Virus record (IMG/VR): IMGVR_UViG_3300027319_000002
Span: 12,403 to 76,402 of that record
DNA length: 64,000 bases
Reading direction: 5' to 3' (one strand)
DNA from: a virus
How positions within the stretch are numbered: the first letter of the stretch is position 1; every line of letters begins with the position of its first letter. The notes below the pieces were generated by a model. That model worked only from the letters and a program-made list of their open reading frames with translations. It did no database searches and was not told the origin of the DNA. The position numbers and the translations under genes were made by a program. Positions 45,797 to 55,665 of the stretch are shown here, piece by piece.

Positions 45797-46846
45797 TTGG
45801 CAATCGAGATCGTCCACGAAGTTTTCCACCACGCCCCCGAGCAGGTCCGCTGCGGTGAGCGGCTGGTGCTGCTGGCGCTGGCCGACGCCGCCGACCAGAA
45901 CACCCGGATGGTCTGGCTCGGCATCAACGAGCTGATGCGCAAGACCGCCCTCGGCAAGAGCGCCGTCTATGAGGCGGTGGCAAAGCTGCTGGACCGGGGG
46001 ATTCTGCAGGAAGTGGCCCGCGAGGCCTGGCCGGAGGAGGCCAAGCGGTGCCGGTCGGTGGTCCGGCGGATCACCACCGTCGACTACTGGGAGGAGGGGT
46101 GCCCGGCCCCGCTCTACACCGGCGCCGACGACCCCTCTTCTTTTGGTCCGGAAGCCGGAACAAACCCGAATATTACTTCTCTCGTAGAGAGAAGTCCTTC
46201 GGACTCCTCTCTACCCTCTGCAGCCGAGCTGCAGAGGAAGCTCGAAGAGATCGACAGGGCCCGGCAGGCCAGGAAGGCCCAGAAGGCCGCCCGGCGTTCC
46301 CGCCACGCGGCCACCGGCCCCTGGGACGAGATCAAGTCCGCCGCCCAGCTCCTGGATGACGAGGAGACCACCGCCCCGGCGGATGCCGACCTGGTCGATA
46401 CCGGGGATGACCTCCTCGTCGGCGACCGCCGCCCCCGGCGCCAGCGCTCAGGCGGCTCCCGCCGCACCTACAACCCCGACTCCGGCATGGGCCTGGCCGA
46501 GTACTTCGCCGATCGGGTCAGGGCCTCCCGCCGGAAGACGGGCATGGACGTGGCCAACCGGACCAAGCTGGCCAGCCACTTCAACCGGTGGATGGCCGAG
46601 TACCACACCCCGCCCCAGGTCATCCGGGTGATGATCGACTTGTACGCCGACAACCCCGCCTACCACGACCCCACCGTCCTGCCCTGGCTCGACTTCCTGC
46701 GCAAGCGTGAGCGGCTCGCCCGCGACGCCGAGCGCCGGGCGCTCATGCTCACCCATGACCAGGCGCAGGCCCAGCCCGCCCAGCAGGCCCCGCAGGACCC
46801 GGAGGACTTCGACCTGGACGCCTGGCGGAAGGCGGTGCGCCTGTGA
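45797..46846 (+). CDS. replication initiator protein (N-terminal wHTH)
   Basis: ERLVLLALADAAD...ELMRKTALGKSAVYEAV; coupled to a DnaC-like ATPase. Confidence 0.75.
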   Translation: MAIEIVHEVFHHAPEQVRCGERLVLLALADAADQNTRMVWLGINELMRKTALGKSAVYEAVAKLLDRGILQEVAREAWPEEAKRCRSVVRRITTVDYWEEGCPAPLYTGADDPSSFGPEAGTNPNITSLVERSPSDSSLPSAAELQRKLEEIDRARQARKAQKAARRSRHAATGPWDEIKSAAQLLDDEETTAPADADLVDTGDDLLVGDRRPRRQRSGGSRRTYNPDSGMGLAEYFADRVRASRRKTGMDVANRTKLASHFNRWMAEYHTPPQVIRVMIDLYADNPAYHDPTVLPWLDFLRKRERLARDAERRALMLTHDQAQAQPAQQAPQDPEDFDLDAWRKAVRL

Positions 46847-47544
46847 CCGAGATCCGCCCCATCCCGCCGGAGGTCACCGCCCGACTGCTGGTCTCCGCCG
46901 GGTTCCCCCGCCAGCTCGTCGGCAGTCGGCTGGCCGACTGGAAGCCCTACAACGCCATCACCCGGGCCGCCCTGGAGGTGGCGACCCAGTTCGTCGAGGA
47001 CTTCCCCAACCGGCACCCGGGCAAGGAGGGCCCGCAGGACGTCTCCCGGCTCGGCCTCGGGTTCGCGCTCATCGGCCCCTTCGGGGTGGGGAAGACCACC
47101 CTCGCCGCCCTGACCGCGCTCGAGGTGCACCACCGGTACCGCGTCCCGGTCTTCTACACCACCACGACGGCCTACCTGCGCAACCTGCGCAAGCAGATCT
47201 CCATCTCCAGGCAGGCGGACGCCGGGGTACCGGAGGCTGTTGAGCAGTACTGGCAGATCGAGAAGTTCTGCCGCCAGATCTCCCGTGCCCCGCTGTTGGT
47301 GCTGGACGAGATCGGCCGCGAGCACCAGGGCGGTACCACCTTTGCCCAGACCGAGGTGGAGGACCTGCTGCGGTCCCGCTATCAGAGCGGTCTGCCGACG
47401 ATCGCCGCCTCCAACTACGACCTGGAGAGCTGGGGAAAGCTCTACACCCCTCCGATGAGCTCATTCGCCTTTGAGGCGTTCCAGGAGGTCCCCATGGGCG
47501 GCGCCGACCTTCGCCGCACGACGAGGAGGAGTAATGGGAGTTGA
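46843..47544 (+). CDS. DnaC/IstB-like helicase loader ATPase
   Basis: GPFGVGKT, LLVLDEIGRE, PTIAASN. Confidence 0.88.
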   Translation: MTEIRPIPPEVTARLLVSAGFPRQLVGSRLADWKPYNAITRAALEVATQFVEDFPNRHPGKEGPQDVSRLGLGFALIGPFGVGKTTLAALTALEVHHRYRVPVFYTTTTAYLRNLRKQISISRQADAGVPEAVEQYWQIEKFCRQISRAPLLVLDEIGREHQGGTTFAQTEVEDLLRSRYQSGLPTIAASNYDLESWGKLYTPPMSSFAFEAFQEVPMGGADLRRTTRRSNGS

Positions 47545-47594
47545 GACCGACGCTTCGGTCAAGGCGTTACCGGATTAATCGTTAATCTGATCGA

Positions 47595-47933
47595 ATGAAG
47601 CGTAACGACCCTGATCACCTTGGACGAGCCCTTTACCGGCTGCAGTTTCGCACCACCATCGATGAGAACACTGGGTGCTGGCTGTACGGGGGAACCCCAT
47701 CGGATCCCTACGGGCATTTGACGGTCCACGGCGACAGCGACACCGTCCACCGGTGGTCCTGGCGGATCTACTACGGGCCCATCCCGCCCGGCCGTCTGGT
47801 TCGCCGGACTTGCGGATCATCCCGGTGCTGGAATCCCGACCACCTGAAGCTCAGCTCTGGTCGCCGCACCAAGAAGCACACCACCACCACCGAGCACGAA
47901 GGAAGCAGCGTCGATGGCAATACCGGTGACTGA
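47595..47933 (+). CDS. HNH endonuclease-like protein (catalytic His apparently replaced)
   Basis: CW...HR.SW..YGPIP...VRRTC...CWNPDHL. Confidence 0.75.
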   Translation: MKRNDPDHLGRALYRLQFRTTIDENTGCWLYGGTPSDPYGHLTVHGDSDTVHRWSWRIYYGPIPPGRLVRRTCGSSRCWNPDHLKLSSGRRTKKHTTTTEHEGSSVDGNTGD

Positions 47934-48399
47934 AATGTCCCAGCAGACCCTGGAAAAGGCCCGCCACCGTCTGCTGAACGAGTACGTCCTCAATCCTGAG
48001 ACTGGGTGCTGGCTGGCACAGCGTAGCCGCCTGGCCAGTGGCTACGCGACGATGATGGTGGACTACATCTACATGTGCGTCCACCGGTGGGCCTGGTGGG
48101 TCTTCCGCGGCCCTATCCCTGAGGGCTGCATCGTGCGGCACACCTGCGGTGTGCGTCACTGCTATAACCCCGACCACCTGCAGCTGGCTGAGCCCAACCC
48201 CAGGATGCGGAAGATGTACGAGCGGGTGCGCACCAACCCGCCGCGCCGCGCGGCCAAGCTCACCTGGGACCAGGTACGCGCTATCCGCTCCCGTCAGGAC
48301 GCCACCCCCAAGGACCTGGCCGAAGAATACGGGGTCTCGCCCAGCATCATCCGAATGATCCTCGCTAACCGCGTCTGGGTGGAGCGGGAGGCCGCCTGA
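47914..48399 (+). CDS. HNH endonuclease with C-terminal HTH
   Basis: HRWAW...GPIPEG..VRHTC...CYNPDHL; KLT.DQVRAIR...LAEEYGVS. Confidence 0.85.
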   Translation: MAIPVTEMSQQTLEKARHRLLNEYVLNPETGCWLAQRSRLASGYATMMVDYIYMCVHRWAWWVFRGPIPEGCIVRHTCGVRHCYNPDHLQLAEPNPRMRKMYERVRTNPPRRAAKLTWDQVRAIRSRQDATPKDLAEEYGVSPSIIRMILANRVWVEREAA

Positions 48400-48845
48400 T
48401 GCAGGGCGGGGACATCTCAAATGAGATCTTTCCCCGGATCTTGATCGAATTCGAGGACCTCATCGCCCACAAGCCAGAAGAGGAGCCGCGCAAGTGGCGC
48501 CTTGGCACCAGGGCCCGGCGGCTGCGCGATGAGGTCTACGCCTGGGAGATCAACGACCTGGTTGTCAAGGTCATGTGGCGCATGGTCTTCCACTTCCGGC
48601 ACGAAATTGACGTGATCACCCTGCAGGGGGAGGAGTTCGCCGAGTTGCTGGCCGAGCGGCTGGATGAGGAGCAGGTCCCCGCCAACCGGGTCTGGGCCAC
48701 TGAGCCGCGCAAGCTCGCCCGGCGGCTGGCGGCGATGCCGTACGTGGCCGCGATCTACACCGGCAGTCCCGAGCGCGCCGCCATTTACGGACAGCGAGGG
48801 CGCCTGGTTACCGCAGACAACGTCACCCTGATGGGGCAGTTTTGA
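48399..48845 (+). CDS. hypothetical protein (HAD-like fold possible)
   Basis: ILIEFEDLI N-terminus, operon packing. Confidence 0.65.
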   Translation: MQGGDISNEIFPRILIEFEDLIAHKPEEEPRKWRLGTRARRLRDEVYAWEINDLVVKVMWRMVFHFRHEIDVITLQGEEFAELLAERLDEEQVPANRVWATEPRKLARRLAAMPYVAAIYTGSPERAAIYGQRGRLVTADNVTLMGQF

Positions 48846-50090
48846 GTGGACATCGAACGTCTTCTGATCAGCAAGGTCATTGAAACTGGCGACCTGGGCA
48901 GGGCTGCCCGGGTGGTCACCGCCGACTGGTTTACCGACCCCGCCGCGGCTCAGGTGTGGCGGCTGATCGTCGACCACAAGGCTAAGTACGGCCGGGTGCC
49001 GTCCATCAGTGTGGTCAAGGCCGACTACCCCACCTACAAGCTGCTGTCCACCCCGGAGAGCCTGGACTTCCTGGTGGACCGCATGGTGCGGCATCGGCAC
49101 CTTTACCTGTTGGAGCATGCGCTGACGGACGCCGCCGCCCTGCACGTCCGCGGCGAGGTGGAAAAGGTCACCGCCCGCCTGCACACCGTCCTGTCGGAGC
49201 TGGCGCGTACCACACCCGGCGACAACGACGTCAACCTGCGCGAGACCGGGGCTCAGCGGCTGGAGCGCTACCGGCAGCTGACCAGCCTCAACGGCCGCTT
49301 GCGCGGCATCCCCACCGGATTCCCGGCCATCGACGCCGCCCTCGGCGGGATCGAACCGGGGCAGCTGATCACCTTCGTCGGCCCGCCCAAGACGGGCAAG
49401 TCCTGGTCGATGCTGCTGATGGCCAAGGCCGCCCACGAGTGGGGCAAGGTCCCGCTCCTGGTCGGCTTTGAGATGACCAATGCCGAGCAGGAGGAGCGAC
49501 TGGACGCGCTGCGCGCCGGGATCTCCCACACCCGGTTGCGCAATGGCAAGCTCCGCCCGGATGAGTGGCGGCGTCTGGAACGTGCCATCAAGGCGGCTGA
49601 GAACCTGCCTGACTTCCACCTGACGACCGACACCCACAGCGTCATGACGCTGACCGGGCTGCAGGCCAAGATCGAGGCCGTCCAGCCGGACATCGTCTTC
49701 ATCGATGGTGTCTACATGATGCAGGACGAGCTGGGGGAGCCGTCCGGGTCACCGCAGGCGATCACCAACATCACCCGCGGGCTTAAGCGGCTGGCGATGA
49801 ACCTGCGCCTGCCGGTGGTGATCTCCACCCAGGCCCTGGAGTCGAAAATGGCCGGGCGGAAGGTCACCACCTACTCCATCGGCTACTCCTCCAGTTTCGT
49901 GCAGGACTCCGATGCCGTCTTCGGCGTGGAGAGGACCGAGGAGCCCGACATCAACGTCATCAAGCTCCTGCTCGCCCGGCACGCCGCCCCCGTGGAGGCC
50001 TACTACCGGTGGACCTGGGACCCCGTGGGCTTCGTCGAGCTGGAGGGCAATCCGTTTGCCACCTGGGAGGAGGACTATGCCGCCGCGTGA
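48846..50090 (+). CDS. dnaB: DnaB-like replicative helicase
   Basis: PTGF..ID..GG..PGQL...GPPKTGKS, FEM, FIDGVYM, QDSD. Confidence 0.92.
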   Translation: MDIERLLISKVIETGDLGRAARVVTADWFTDPAAAQVWRLIVDHKAKYGRVPSISVVKADYPTYKLLSTPESLDFLVDRMVRHRHLYLLEHALTDAAALHVRGEVEKVTARLHTVLSELARTTPGDNDVNLRETGAQRLERYRQLTSLNGRLRGIPTGFPAIDAALGGIEPGQLITFVGPPKTGKSWSMLLMAKAAHEWGKVPLLVGFEMTNAEQEERLDALRAGISHTRLRNGKLRPDEWRRLERAIKAAENLPDFHLTTDTHSVMTLTGLQAKIEAVQPDIVFIDGVYMMQDELGEPSGSPQAITNITRGLKRLAMNLRLPVVISTQALESKMAGRKVTTYSIGYSSSFVQDSDAVFGVERTEEPDINVIKLLLARHAAPVEAYYRWTWDPVGFVELEGNPFATWEEDYAAA

Positions 50091-51078
50091 CCGGCGCCGC
50101 GGGCCGCGGCCGGTCGTCCGCTCCGGGTACGAGGCGTTACACCTCGTCATCCCCGGTGACGTGGTCGCCGCCCTGGAAAAGCTCGGCATCGAGGTCGTCC
50201 GCGTCACCGACAAGGGCGAGGCCGTCGCACGCTGCCCGGCCCACGAGGAAAAGCTCGGCCGTGCCGACCGCAACCCCTCCTGGTCGGTCAACATCTCCAC
50301 CGGGAAGCACTCGTGCTGGTCGTGCGGGTTCCGCGGCAGCTTCCGCACCCTGGTCCGCTACATGCGCCGCTGCAGCCCGCAGGAGGCGGATGCCTGGATC
50401 CGCTCCCAGGGCACCATCCGCCGCGTCGAGCAGATCCTGGCCAAGGAGGACGCCGACGAGGAGCCGGAGGTGAGCGAGGCCGCGCTGGCTGTCTTCAGCC
50501 CCTTCCCGCCTCCGGAGCGGCTGATCGAGCGCGGACTCACCGGCAAGGTGTGCCGCCAGTACGGCGTGCTGTGGGATCCCAGGGAAGAGGCCTGGATCCT
50601 TCCTATCCGGGACGCCGAGGGCAAGCTGCTGGGCTGGCAGTCCAAATCGGACACCAAGACCCGCAACCACCCGCCGCGCGTCAAGAAGTCCCGGAACTTG
50701 TTCGGGCTGTCGGCCCTGCCCGGCCACGTGGACCGGCTGATCCTGGTCGAGTCGCCCCTGGATGCGCTGCTGATCTCCTCCTGCGGGCTCGGATGGGCCG
50801 TGGCCAGCTACGGCGCCAGCGTGTCGGACGCCCAGATGCAGCTCATCCTCGAGCGGGTCAACCGGCTGATCCACTTCCCCGACAACGACCCTCCCGGACG
50901 CCAGGCCGCCTATGAGACCGCGGAGCGCTGGCGCGGCCGACTGCGCTACCAGATCGTCGACTACCGCGTGCTCGGCCGCCCCGACCTGTGGGACGGCACC
51001 GACCCCGGTGACCTGTCCCCACGCACCCTGCACCGCCTCGTCGACTTCGCTGTCCCCGCACCCCTCTACCGCCCCTGA
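50077..51078 (+). CDS. DNA primase (CHC2 zinc finger plus TOPRIM)
   Basis: CPAH...SW.VN...CWSCG; LVESPLDA; FPDNDPPG. Confidence 0.9.
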   Translation: MPPRDRRRGPRPVVRSGYEALHLVIPGDVVAALEKLGIEVVRVTDKGEAVARCPAHEEKLGRADRNPSWSVNISTGKHSCWSCGFRGSFRTLVRYMRRCSPQEADAWIRSQGTIRRVEQILAKEDADEEPEVSEAALAVFSPFPPPERLIERGLTGKVCRQYGVLWDPREEAWILPIRDAEGKLLGWQSKSDTKTRNHPPRVKKSRNLFGLSALPGHVDRLILVESPLDALLISSCGLGWAVASYGASVSDAQMQLILERVNRLIHFPDNDPPGRQAAYETAERWRGRLRYQIVDYRVLGRPDLWDGTDPGDLSPRTLHRLVDFAVPAPLYRP

Positions 51079-51081
51079 ACC

Positions 51082-52674
51082 ATGTTCACCACCACCCTGT
51101 ACCCCTACCAGGATGGCGACCTGGAGCGTTTCCTCCGGCGCGGTAACCTGCTGCTCGCCTACGACATGGGCCTTGGCAAGACGGTGGTCTCCATCGCCGC
51201 CGCCGAGGAGCTGATCGGCAGGGGAGAAGCCGGGGGAGACGCCGGGCCCGTCCTCATCATCTGCCCCTCCGGGCTGCGCCTGCAGTGGGCCTCGGAGATC
51301 GCGTTGCACACCGACGTCGCCACCCGGGAGATCACCCACAAGGGCATGACGTTCCTCGTGCCCGAGGAGCGCTACGCCGTCGTCATCGACGGCGGGCCCC
51401 AGAGAAGGAAGCAGCTCTACCAGCAGATCGCTGAGACCCGCCCCGATTACGTGATCGCCGGGTACCAGATCGTCACCGCGGAACTTCGCTGGTTCCGCCG
51501 CATGTGGCCGACGTTCATCGTGCTGGATGAGGGTACGGCGATCAAGAACCCTGCGGCTGATGTCACCAAGGCCATCCGCCGCCTGACCGCAAAATGGCGC
51601 CTCATGCTCACCGGCACCCCCGTCGAGCGCAAGCTCGAGGAGCTGTTCCACCTGCTCGGCTGGGTGGATCCTGCCGTCCTTGGCGACCCCTCCGACCGGA
51701 AGGCCGCGATCAAATTTGACCGGTCCTTCCTCGTCCGCAACTACTGGGGCCGCGTCGTCGGGTACAAGAACACCGACGTTCTGCATCGCAAGGTCTCTGG
51801 TGTGCTGATCCGGCGGCGCGTCACCGATCCTGAGGTCGCCCCCTACATGCCCAAGCTCAAGCGGCGCCGCCTTAACGTCACCATGGACGCCGCTACTGCT
51901 ATGGCCTACCGCAAGGTCGTCGCCGATCTGGCTGCCGAGCTGGCCAGCCTGCCTGCCCGCGCCCAGATCGACATTGGCGACTACTACCAGGGGATCGATG
52001 AGAACACCCCGGCCGGGCGGGTGATGGCCGTCTACACTGCCGCCCAGCAGCTCATCGACGACCCTGGTCTGCTGGCCGAATCACCGTCCGCCTACGCCCA
52101 GCACCTGGCTGCTTCCGGCGTCCTTGACGGCCTTCCGGAATCCCCGAAGATCCGGGCTCTGGCCAGGCTTGTTGCCGACCTGCTGAAGGACCCGGAGGCG
52201 AAGGTCATCATCGTCAGCCGCTTCCGGCGCCTGGTGGAACGCCTCGCTCAGCGGTGGCCGTCCATCAGCGTCATCTACCACGGGCAGATGTCCGTGGTGG
52301 AAAAGCAGGCCGCGGTGCACAAGTTCCGCACCGACCCCGATGCCCGGCTGTTCATCATGAGCCACGCAGGCGCCTATGGGGTCAACCTGCCTGTGGCCAC
52401 ACACCTGATCAACGTGGATCCGGCTCGGTCAGCCGGGCAGCGTGCTCAGATCGACCACCGGCATGTGCGCGCCTCCAGCACGCACGGCGAGGTCGAGGTG
52501 ATTGACATGGTCACCGTCGGCACCATCGAGGAGCGCGCCTACGACCGTCTCGACCTTCAGGGCCGGGTTAGCCGGGCGGTCATCGACGGAGTCGGCGCCG
52601 ACGAGCACGGCCGGATCGACGACGACGTCATTACTTTGACCGCGCACTGTGAGGCCGTGCTGTCGGCCGCCTAA
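51082..52674 (+). CDS. SNF2-family helicase
   Basis: YDMGLGKT, VLDEG..IKN, LTGTP, G.NL..A. Confidence 0.9.
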   Translation: MFTTTLYPYQDGDLERFLRRGNLLLAYDMGLGKTVVSIAAAEELIGRGEAGGDAGPVLIICPSGLRLQWASEIALHTDVATREITHKGMTFLVPEERYAVVIDGGPQRRKQLYQQIAETRPDYVIAGYQIVTAELRWFRRMWPTFIVLDEGTAIKNPAADVTKAIRRLTAKWRLMLTGTPVERKLEELFHLLGWVDPAVLGDPSDRKAAIKFDRSFLVRNYWGRVVGYKNTDVLHRKVSGVLIRRRVTDPEVAPYMPKLKRRRLNVTMDAATAMAYRKVVADLAAELASLPARAQIDIGDYYQGIDENTPAGRVMAVYTAAQQLIDDPGLLAESPSAYAQHLAASGVLDGLPESPKIRALARLVADLLKDPEAKVIIVSRFRRLVERLAQRWPSISVIYHGQMSVVEKQAAVHKFRTDPDARLFIMSHAGAYGVNLPVATHLINVDPARSAGQRAQIDHRHVRASSTHGEVEVIDMVTVGTIEERAYDRLDLQGRVSRAVIDGVGADEHGRIDDDVITLTAHCEAVLSAA

Positions 52675-53210
52675 TCAGCACCGTCGCCTCCCTCGTCATG
52701 GGGGAGGGTGATGTTGCGGCGGGAAAGCTCAGCCATGACTTCAAAAAACAGGTGGGCGCGCCCCCGCCACCCGGCCACCGGTCCCGCATCCCCGGCGACG
52801 GCCAGGCCATGGAGGACCTGCACATCCAAAGCGCCCGCGGGCGACCCGTCAATGATCAACTCGGCGGCGATGCGCTGGAGCACCTCGATCAGCCGCTCGG
52901 GATGTCCGGCGGCGCGGGCGTAGCGGATGTACCGCTCCCGCCGCTGCTGCCCCTCGGCGCCGCCGATCCAATGCGCGATCATGGCTGCGAGCGGGCGCAG
53001 CGTTTGCGTGACCTGCATGACCTGATCCTCTCCGGGGGTCTCCAGCTCCATTCGCCGCGCCGCGCCCTCTGTGATGAGGTCACGCAGCACAGCGGCGCGG
53101 GGCTGGCCGCACTGCGCGGCGATCCGGTCTACTGCCTCCAGCACGGCCGGGGGCACGGTGGTGGTGACTTGCACACCTACGCGGGGGCGGCCCGCGGGGC
53201 GCGCCGTCAT
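52671..53210 (-). CDS. ribbon-helix-helix (CopG-like) DNA-binding protein
   Basis: GRP..G.QVTTTVP...LEAVDRIAAQCGQPRAAVLRDLI; ATGA overlap. Confidence 0.65.
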   Translation of the reverse strand: MTARPAGRPRVGVQVTTTVPPAVLEAVDRIAAQCGQPRAAVLRDLITEGAARRMELETPGEDQVMQVTQTLRPLAAMIAHWIGGAEGQQRRERYIRYARAAGHPERLIEVLQRIAAELIIDGSPAGALDVQVLHGLAVAGDAGPVAGWRGRAHLFFEVMAELSRRNITLPHDEGGDGAD

Positions 53211-53707
53211 CGGAGCCACCTCCCGGTGATGGGGTCCCTCAGCTCCGCCTCGAGGGCGTCGATCAGCTTGCTGGCCGCCCCCTGGGTTAGGTCGGCCAGC
53301 TCGACGTCCTCGTTGGCGCGCTCGGCGAGGACGCGCAGGTAGGCGAGCTGCCGGGCGGTGGCGGGGCGCTGGTAGCGGTCCCGCTGCGCGGCTAGCGGGG
53401 AGCGCTGGGACAGCTCCTCCTGGCGGCGTTCCCAGCCGCGCTCCAGCCCGTCCAGCCCGAGAGGGACGTGGTAGCGGTCGTCAGCTCCGCGGTAGCGCTC
53501 CCACTCTGGTGGGAGGGTGGGCTTGCCGTGCATGCGGAGCCGGATACCGGTGACTGTTCCGTCACGGCCGCACAGGGCCTCCACGGTGCCCTCCACGGTG
53601 ACGTACCGGCCGCTCTTGGTGACGTACCCGCACGTGATGTAGGTGCCGGTCCGGGTGGCGCCGATGCGGCGCAGGATGGGCGGGATAAGCACGCCTCGAT
53701 TTTCCAT
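53207..53707 (-). CDS. hypothetical protein with DUF3072-like C-terminus
   Basis: PATARQLAYLRVLAE...LTQGAASKLIDAL; leaderless promoter. Confidence 0.7.
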   Translation of the reverse strand: MENRGVLIPPILRRIGATRTGTYITCGYVTKSGRYVTVEGTVEALCGRDGTVTGIRLRMHGKPTLPPEWERYRGADDRYHVPLGLDGLERGWERRQEELSQRSPLAAQRDRYQRPATARQLAYLRVLAERANEDVELADLTQGAASKLIDALEAELRDPITGRWLR

Positions 53708-53742
53708 GTGAAAATAGTATCTCGATCACATGGAAAAATCAA
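53700..53742 (-). promoter_or_regulatory. leaderless promoter with a 12-bp inverted-repeat operator
   Basis: TTGATT-N17-TACTAT-N6-ATG; TTTTCCATGTGA/TCACATGGAAAA. Confidence 0.7.
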
Positions 53743-53874
53743 CGGGCTTGCGGGCGTAGTTCTGCTGGCGGCGGCAGGCGTTGGTCGGCTGATAGCCCTC
53801 CGCCTCCGGCCAGGTGAGGTGTCATCGAGCCCTACGGGCCATCGGCAGCACCGCCCGCCTTCTGATACTCCATC

Positions 53875-53930
53875 CCCAAAGTGTGTTTTGCTCAGGGGTG
53901 TCTGTATCATCCCGTGTCACAAACTTTGGG
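53875..53930 (+). promoter_or_regulatory. rightward promoter bracketed by an inverted repeat
   Basis: -10 TATCAT at 53905; CCCAAAGT...ACTTTGGG arms. Confidence 0.45.
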
Positions 53931-53942
53931 AGATATGAGTGA

Positions 53943-54404
53943 ATGATCTACGATCCGGGGTTTGAGCAGGCGCAACGGTTCCTCACATTGCTCGAGTACC
54001 CGCGGGGGGCCGCTGACGACCTTGAAGTCTTGCGGCGCGCGGTGAAGATTGTGGAGGCACTCCAGGAGGACCTGTCGCTGGCCTTAGAGATCCGGGGACT
54101 GTGGGTGGCCCGGATGGTTGAGCGACGGTATCTGGGGTCCACCATTGCTCGCGTCCTGGAGACCGCCAGTGGGCCCACCGCGGTCACTCGTCTGAAGGGT
54201 CAATACACCAACCTGTTGCAGCTGGCCCGCGAGGGCAGGCAGTGCGTCGGCACCCTGCAGCTGATCGACGACATCATCAGTTGGGCCAACTTGGCGATCA
54301 AAGACCGATCGCTGCCGGAGGAGTTCCGCAAGCGGGTGTGGCACAAGAAGAAGATCGTCGAGGACTTCCGCGACCGCCTGCTCGGCCGTGATGGCTACAC
54401 CTAA
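53943..54404 (+). CDS. hypothetical helical protein
   Basis: Coding-like ORF after the promoter. Confidence 0.65.
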   Translation: MIYDPGFEQAQRFLTLLEYPRGAADDLEVLRRAVKIVEALQEDLSLALEIRGLWVARMVERRYLGSTIARVLETASGPTAVTRLKGQYTNLLQLAREGRQCVGTLQLIDDIISWANLAIKDRSLPEEFRKRVWHKKKIVEDFRDRLLGRDGYT

Positions 54405-54576
54405 TTACGATCTTGTAATTTTTCCTGGTTGCCGGGCCTTTCAACAAAACGTCTGTGTCTGTTAGATCTTCTAACCGATGATCTAGCTTCAGGTGGCAGA
54501 TCTGGAGCTGAAGGCTCCAGACCTTCTTCATGCCACCTGGGTGTCGTATAGCTCACCAGGGTCTGAAGGGGGATTC

Positions 54577-55497
54577 GTGCACCGCTATCGGGTCATCGAC
54601 ATAATCGTCAGGCTCGGCGAGGCTATCCCTGCGCTGAGTGAGGGACACCTGCAGAGCCTGTCGACGGACGACCTGTACCGGATCGTTCAGGCACTGGCCC
54701 ACGAGCGTCACCTGCTCGAGGAGGAAGACCACATCTGCGAGCAGGCGATTGCGATCGTGGTCGCCGAGCTGAAAAGGCGGGGGGAGAAGCATCTGGCCAT
54801 CCAGCGGCGGATGCGCCGTCCTGATGAGAACCTGAACGCCTCGGAGGTCACCCGGCTGTTGAGAAAGTGGGAACCGATTCTCGCCGACCAGGAACGCTTC
54901 CGCCAGAGCGCCTTCGTCCGCCTGCTGGAGAGCGCACGCAGGGAAGAAGAGCGCCGGGCAAGTGACCCAAGAGCCCCAATGGACGTGCGATGCCGCGCAC
55001 GCCAGCGAGCAGAGACCCTGCGCCGGTGGGTGGAGCTTCAAGGGTTCCGGTTCGGTGCGGCAGGGATCGCCGCCCTGCTTGGGATCTCGGCCGCAGGCTC
55101 CTATATCGTCGGCGTGGTCGAGCCGGTCGATTTGGTGCGTGATCCGTTCCGCTCACCTGCCATATTCGAGCCCTCCTCCCAGCCGTCGTCTCCGGCTGCC
55201 CTGCTCCCCTCGGCTGAGCCCGTGGGGAACTACACGCGGGCACAGGAGGAAAAGTCCCCTGAGGAAAAGTCCCCCACCCCAGCCCCGCTGGCGCATCATA
55301 GGCGGGTGAGGACCTCACCCGCCCCCGCCCCACGGCGGCGTCCTTCACCAAAGCCGCTCGTCGTGGACCGCTTGAACACCCAAGACAGGACCAGCAAGCA
55401 GCCGGGCGTCACCTACACTATCCCTGACTGGTCGCCACATGGTCATGGGGACGCCTCATCATCGGGAGCGCTGGCAGACTCGACGCTGTCTCCCTGA
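54577..55497 (+). CDS. bitopic membrane protein (helical/HTH-like N-domain, TM, Pro-rich tail)
   Basis: TM GAAGIAALLGISAAGSYIVGV; anti-sigma-like topology. Confidence 0.6.
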   Translation: MHRYRVIDIIVRLGEAIPALSEGHLQSLSTDDLYRIVQALAHERHLLEEEDHICEQAIAIVVAELKRRGEKHLAIQRRMRRPDENLNASEVTRLLRKWEPILADQERFRQSAFVRLLESARREEERRASDPRAPMDVRCRARQRAETLRRWVELQGFRFGAAGIAALLGISAAGSYIVGVVEPVDLVRDPFRSPAIFEPSSQPSSPAALLPSAEPVGNYTRAQEEKSPEEKSPTPAPLAHHRRVRTSPAPAPRRRPSPKPLVVDRLNTQDRTSKQPGVTYTIPDWSPHGHGDASSSGALADSTLSP

Positions 55498-55569
55498 GTC
55501 TTTGCAACCTGCAAAAACTCACCCCCATCCATTTTTTGCAAGCTGAAAACATCCCCAAGTGCCTCGGTC

Positions 55570-55665
55570 TTGAATTCGTGCTGATCAGGGCGCTATACTG
55601 GTAGCGCGATAGCCGAGGACGAGAAAGCCCCGCGTGGCGGACCGTCCACGCGGGGCTTTCCTGTT
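55570..55665 (+). ncRNA. candidate ~55-60-nt small RNA with a strong promoter and terminator
   Basis: TTGAAT-N18-TATACT (55570-55599); 15-bp perfect stem 55623-55660. Confidence 0.45.

Noticed and set aside
53743-53872. Possible reverse-strand gene remnant in the divergent intergenic region
   Set aside because: A short coding-like stretch without a start or recognisable motif; cannot be supported.
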